A stretch of DNA of 59,748 bases, filler included, from Candidatus Desantisbacteria bacterium CG1_02_49_89 (lineage in GTDB: Bacteria; Desantisbacteria; UBA1551): the NCBI GenBank assembly GCA_001871075.1. It is 4 parts of 4 records of this genome, joined end to end, with 100 filler letters (N's around TTAATTAATTAA, not from the genome) between each part and the next. Parts side by side here need not be neighbours in the genome. Positions count along the whole stretch, not along the records: positions 51,030 to 59,748 come from MNUP01000132.1; 3 more parts are not named here. One strand, written 5' to 3'. The position numbers and the translations under genes are program-made. The notes under the pieces are model-generated. The model saw only the letters and a list, made by a program, of their open reading frames with translations, did not search any database and was not told the origin of the DNA. Shown in pieces: positions 58,807 to 59,748 of the stretch (the stretch's first letter is position 1; every line of letters starts with the position of its first letter).

Positions 58807-59635
58807 AACAGAAAATTGCAATTTTTGCGGGACGAAAGGCGCTAAGGTGTGGGGTGACGGGCAATACGAGGCGCTTCGCTGCGGCAAATGCGGAGTGGTA
58901 TGGGTGAGCCCGCAGCCCGGAGAAAAACAGCTGCGGGACATATACACCGGGGATTATTACCGAAGGTGGTACCTGAGCTTTGAGGAAAAAAGAAAGGAAT
59001 ATTTCAGGGGAAGGCTTAAGGCGGCCGAAGACGTTCTTTCCGTAAAGAGAAGCCCGGCCGCGGCACGCGGAAGGCTTCTGGATATCGGATGCGGGGTGGG
59101 TTTTTTTCTTGAAGCCGCGAAGGAAAAGGGCTGGGAAGCCGAAGGGACCGAAATTTCGGATTTCGCGCGCGAATACGCCGGGAAAAAAGGTTTCAGGGTT
59201 TACGCCGGCTGTGAAGGACTTAAAGACAGTTCTTTTGAAATGGTCACCATGATGGATGTTCTTGCACACGTCACTGATCCTGCCGGGTACATAAACAAGG
59301 CAAAAGCCCTTCTGAAGAACGGAGGAGCCCTTGTCATAAAGACACCGGACCATCCGGCAGGGCTTTTCAGGATGGCAGGGATCTTTTCTTTCACGGGACG
59401 CTCCAGGGCGCTTCTGCACATTCCCGCCCAGCTTTTTCACTTTGACCCGGGAAATCTTACCGGCGTTGTGGAAAGGTCGGGCCTGCGGGCGGTCAAGACC
59501 GAAAAAGTCCGGGAAGCGCTGAGGGGCGGCTGGACATCCTCATGCCTGAAGAACTCGCTGGTGAAACTGTTTAACGCCGCTGCTTCCGCGGCTGGCATCG
59601 GCGAAAGTTTCATGCTTTACGCGATAAAGCCATGA
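58802..59635 (+). CDS. class I SAM-dependent methyltransferase with N-terminal Zn-ribbon
   Basis: CNFC...CGKC, LLDIGCGVG, DVLAH..DP and IKTPD. Confidence 0.85.
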   Translation: MKTENCNFCGTKGAKVWGDGQYEALRCGKCGVVWVSPQPGEKQLRDIYTGDYYRRWYLSFEEKRKEYFRGRLKAAEDVLSVKRSPAAARGRLLDIGCGVGFFLEAAKEKGWEAEGTEISDFAREYAGKKGFRVYAGCEGLKDSSFEMVTMMDVLAHVTDPAGYINKAKALLKNGGALVIKTPDHPAGLFRMAGIFSFTGRSRALLHIPAQLFHFDPGNLTGVVERSGLRAVKTEKVREALRGGWTSSCLKNSLVKLFNAAASAAGIGESFMLYAIKP

Positions 59636-59748
59636 TAATTTTGACACTGATTTCCACTGATCTTTTCTGTGTAAACCAGTGCGTAAATTCAGTGACAGGA
59701 ATTTTGTTTTTTGTAATATTATTAACCGAAAAAGTAAGATCTGTGCCA

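Overview
Bacterial draft-genome window made of four contigs joined by artificial 100-nt linkers (44 N + TTAATTAATTAA + 44 N at 10113-10212, 30698-30797 and 50930-51029), so adjacency across these gaps is unproven. All credible genes (about 47) are on the + strand. Contents: glycan/sulfate-ester catabolism (GH78-like rhamnosidase, two sulfatases, anaerobic sulfatase maturase, DUF2961/GH172, agarase-like GH, Gfo/Idh/MocA and URO-D-fold proteins, two ADP-ribosylglycohydrolase-family paralogues); two B12-binding radical SAM paralogues; an HTH-fused type I methyltransferase with a DUF4062/ATPase neighbour; housekeeping genes (acs, ndk, nfnAB, purH, glyA, mnmE); and the start of a surface-polysaccharide locus (GT-C, GT4, asnB, deacetylase, methyltransferases). 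The most striking signal is non-coding. Most intergenic gaps are filled with inverted arrays of degenerate 7-10-nt tandem repeats. The same array types flank a four-helix-bundle (IVP/Avd-like) gene and a GxxExxY nuclease-fold gene. They also occur as gene-less hairpins sharing a core, overlap upstream stop codons, bracket gene blocks as long inverted or direct repeats (a 140-bp inverted repeat with one mismatch surrounds two sulfatases), and have invaded and split nfnB. GTAG-REPs, GTCATTGCGA-type palindromes, GC mini-hairpins, a CTAG-bounded MITE and an IS21-end MITE are layered on top. Several genes are broken by single-base frameshifts, and DUF2961 carries two in-frame stops; sequencing error cannot be excluded. 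No rRNA, tRNA or CRISPR array was recognised. All family assignments come from motif recognition, not database searches.
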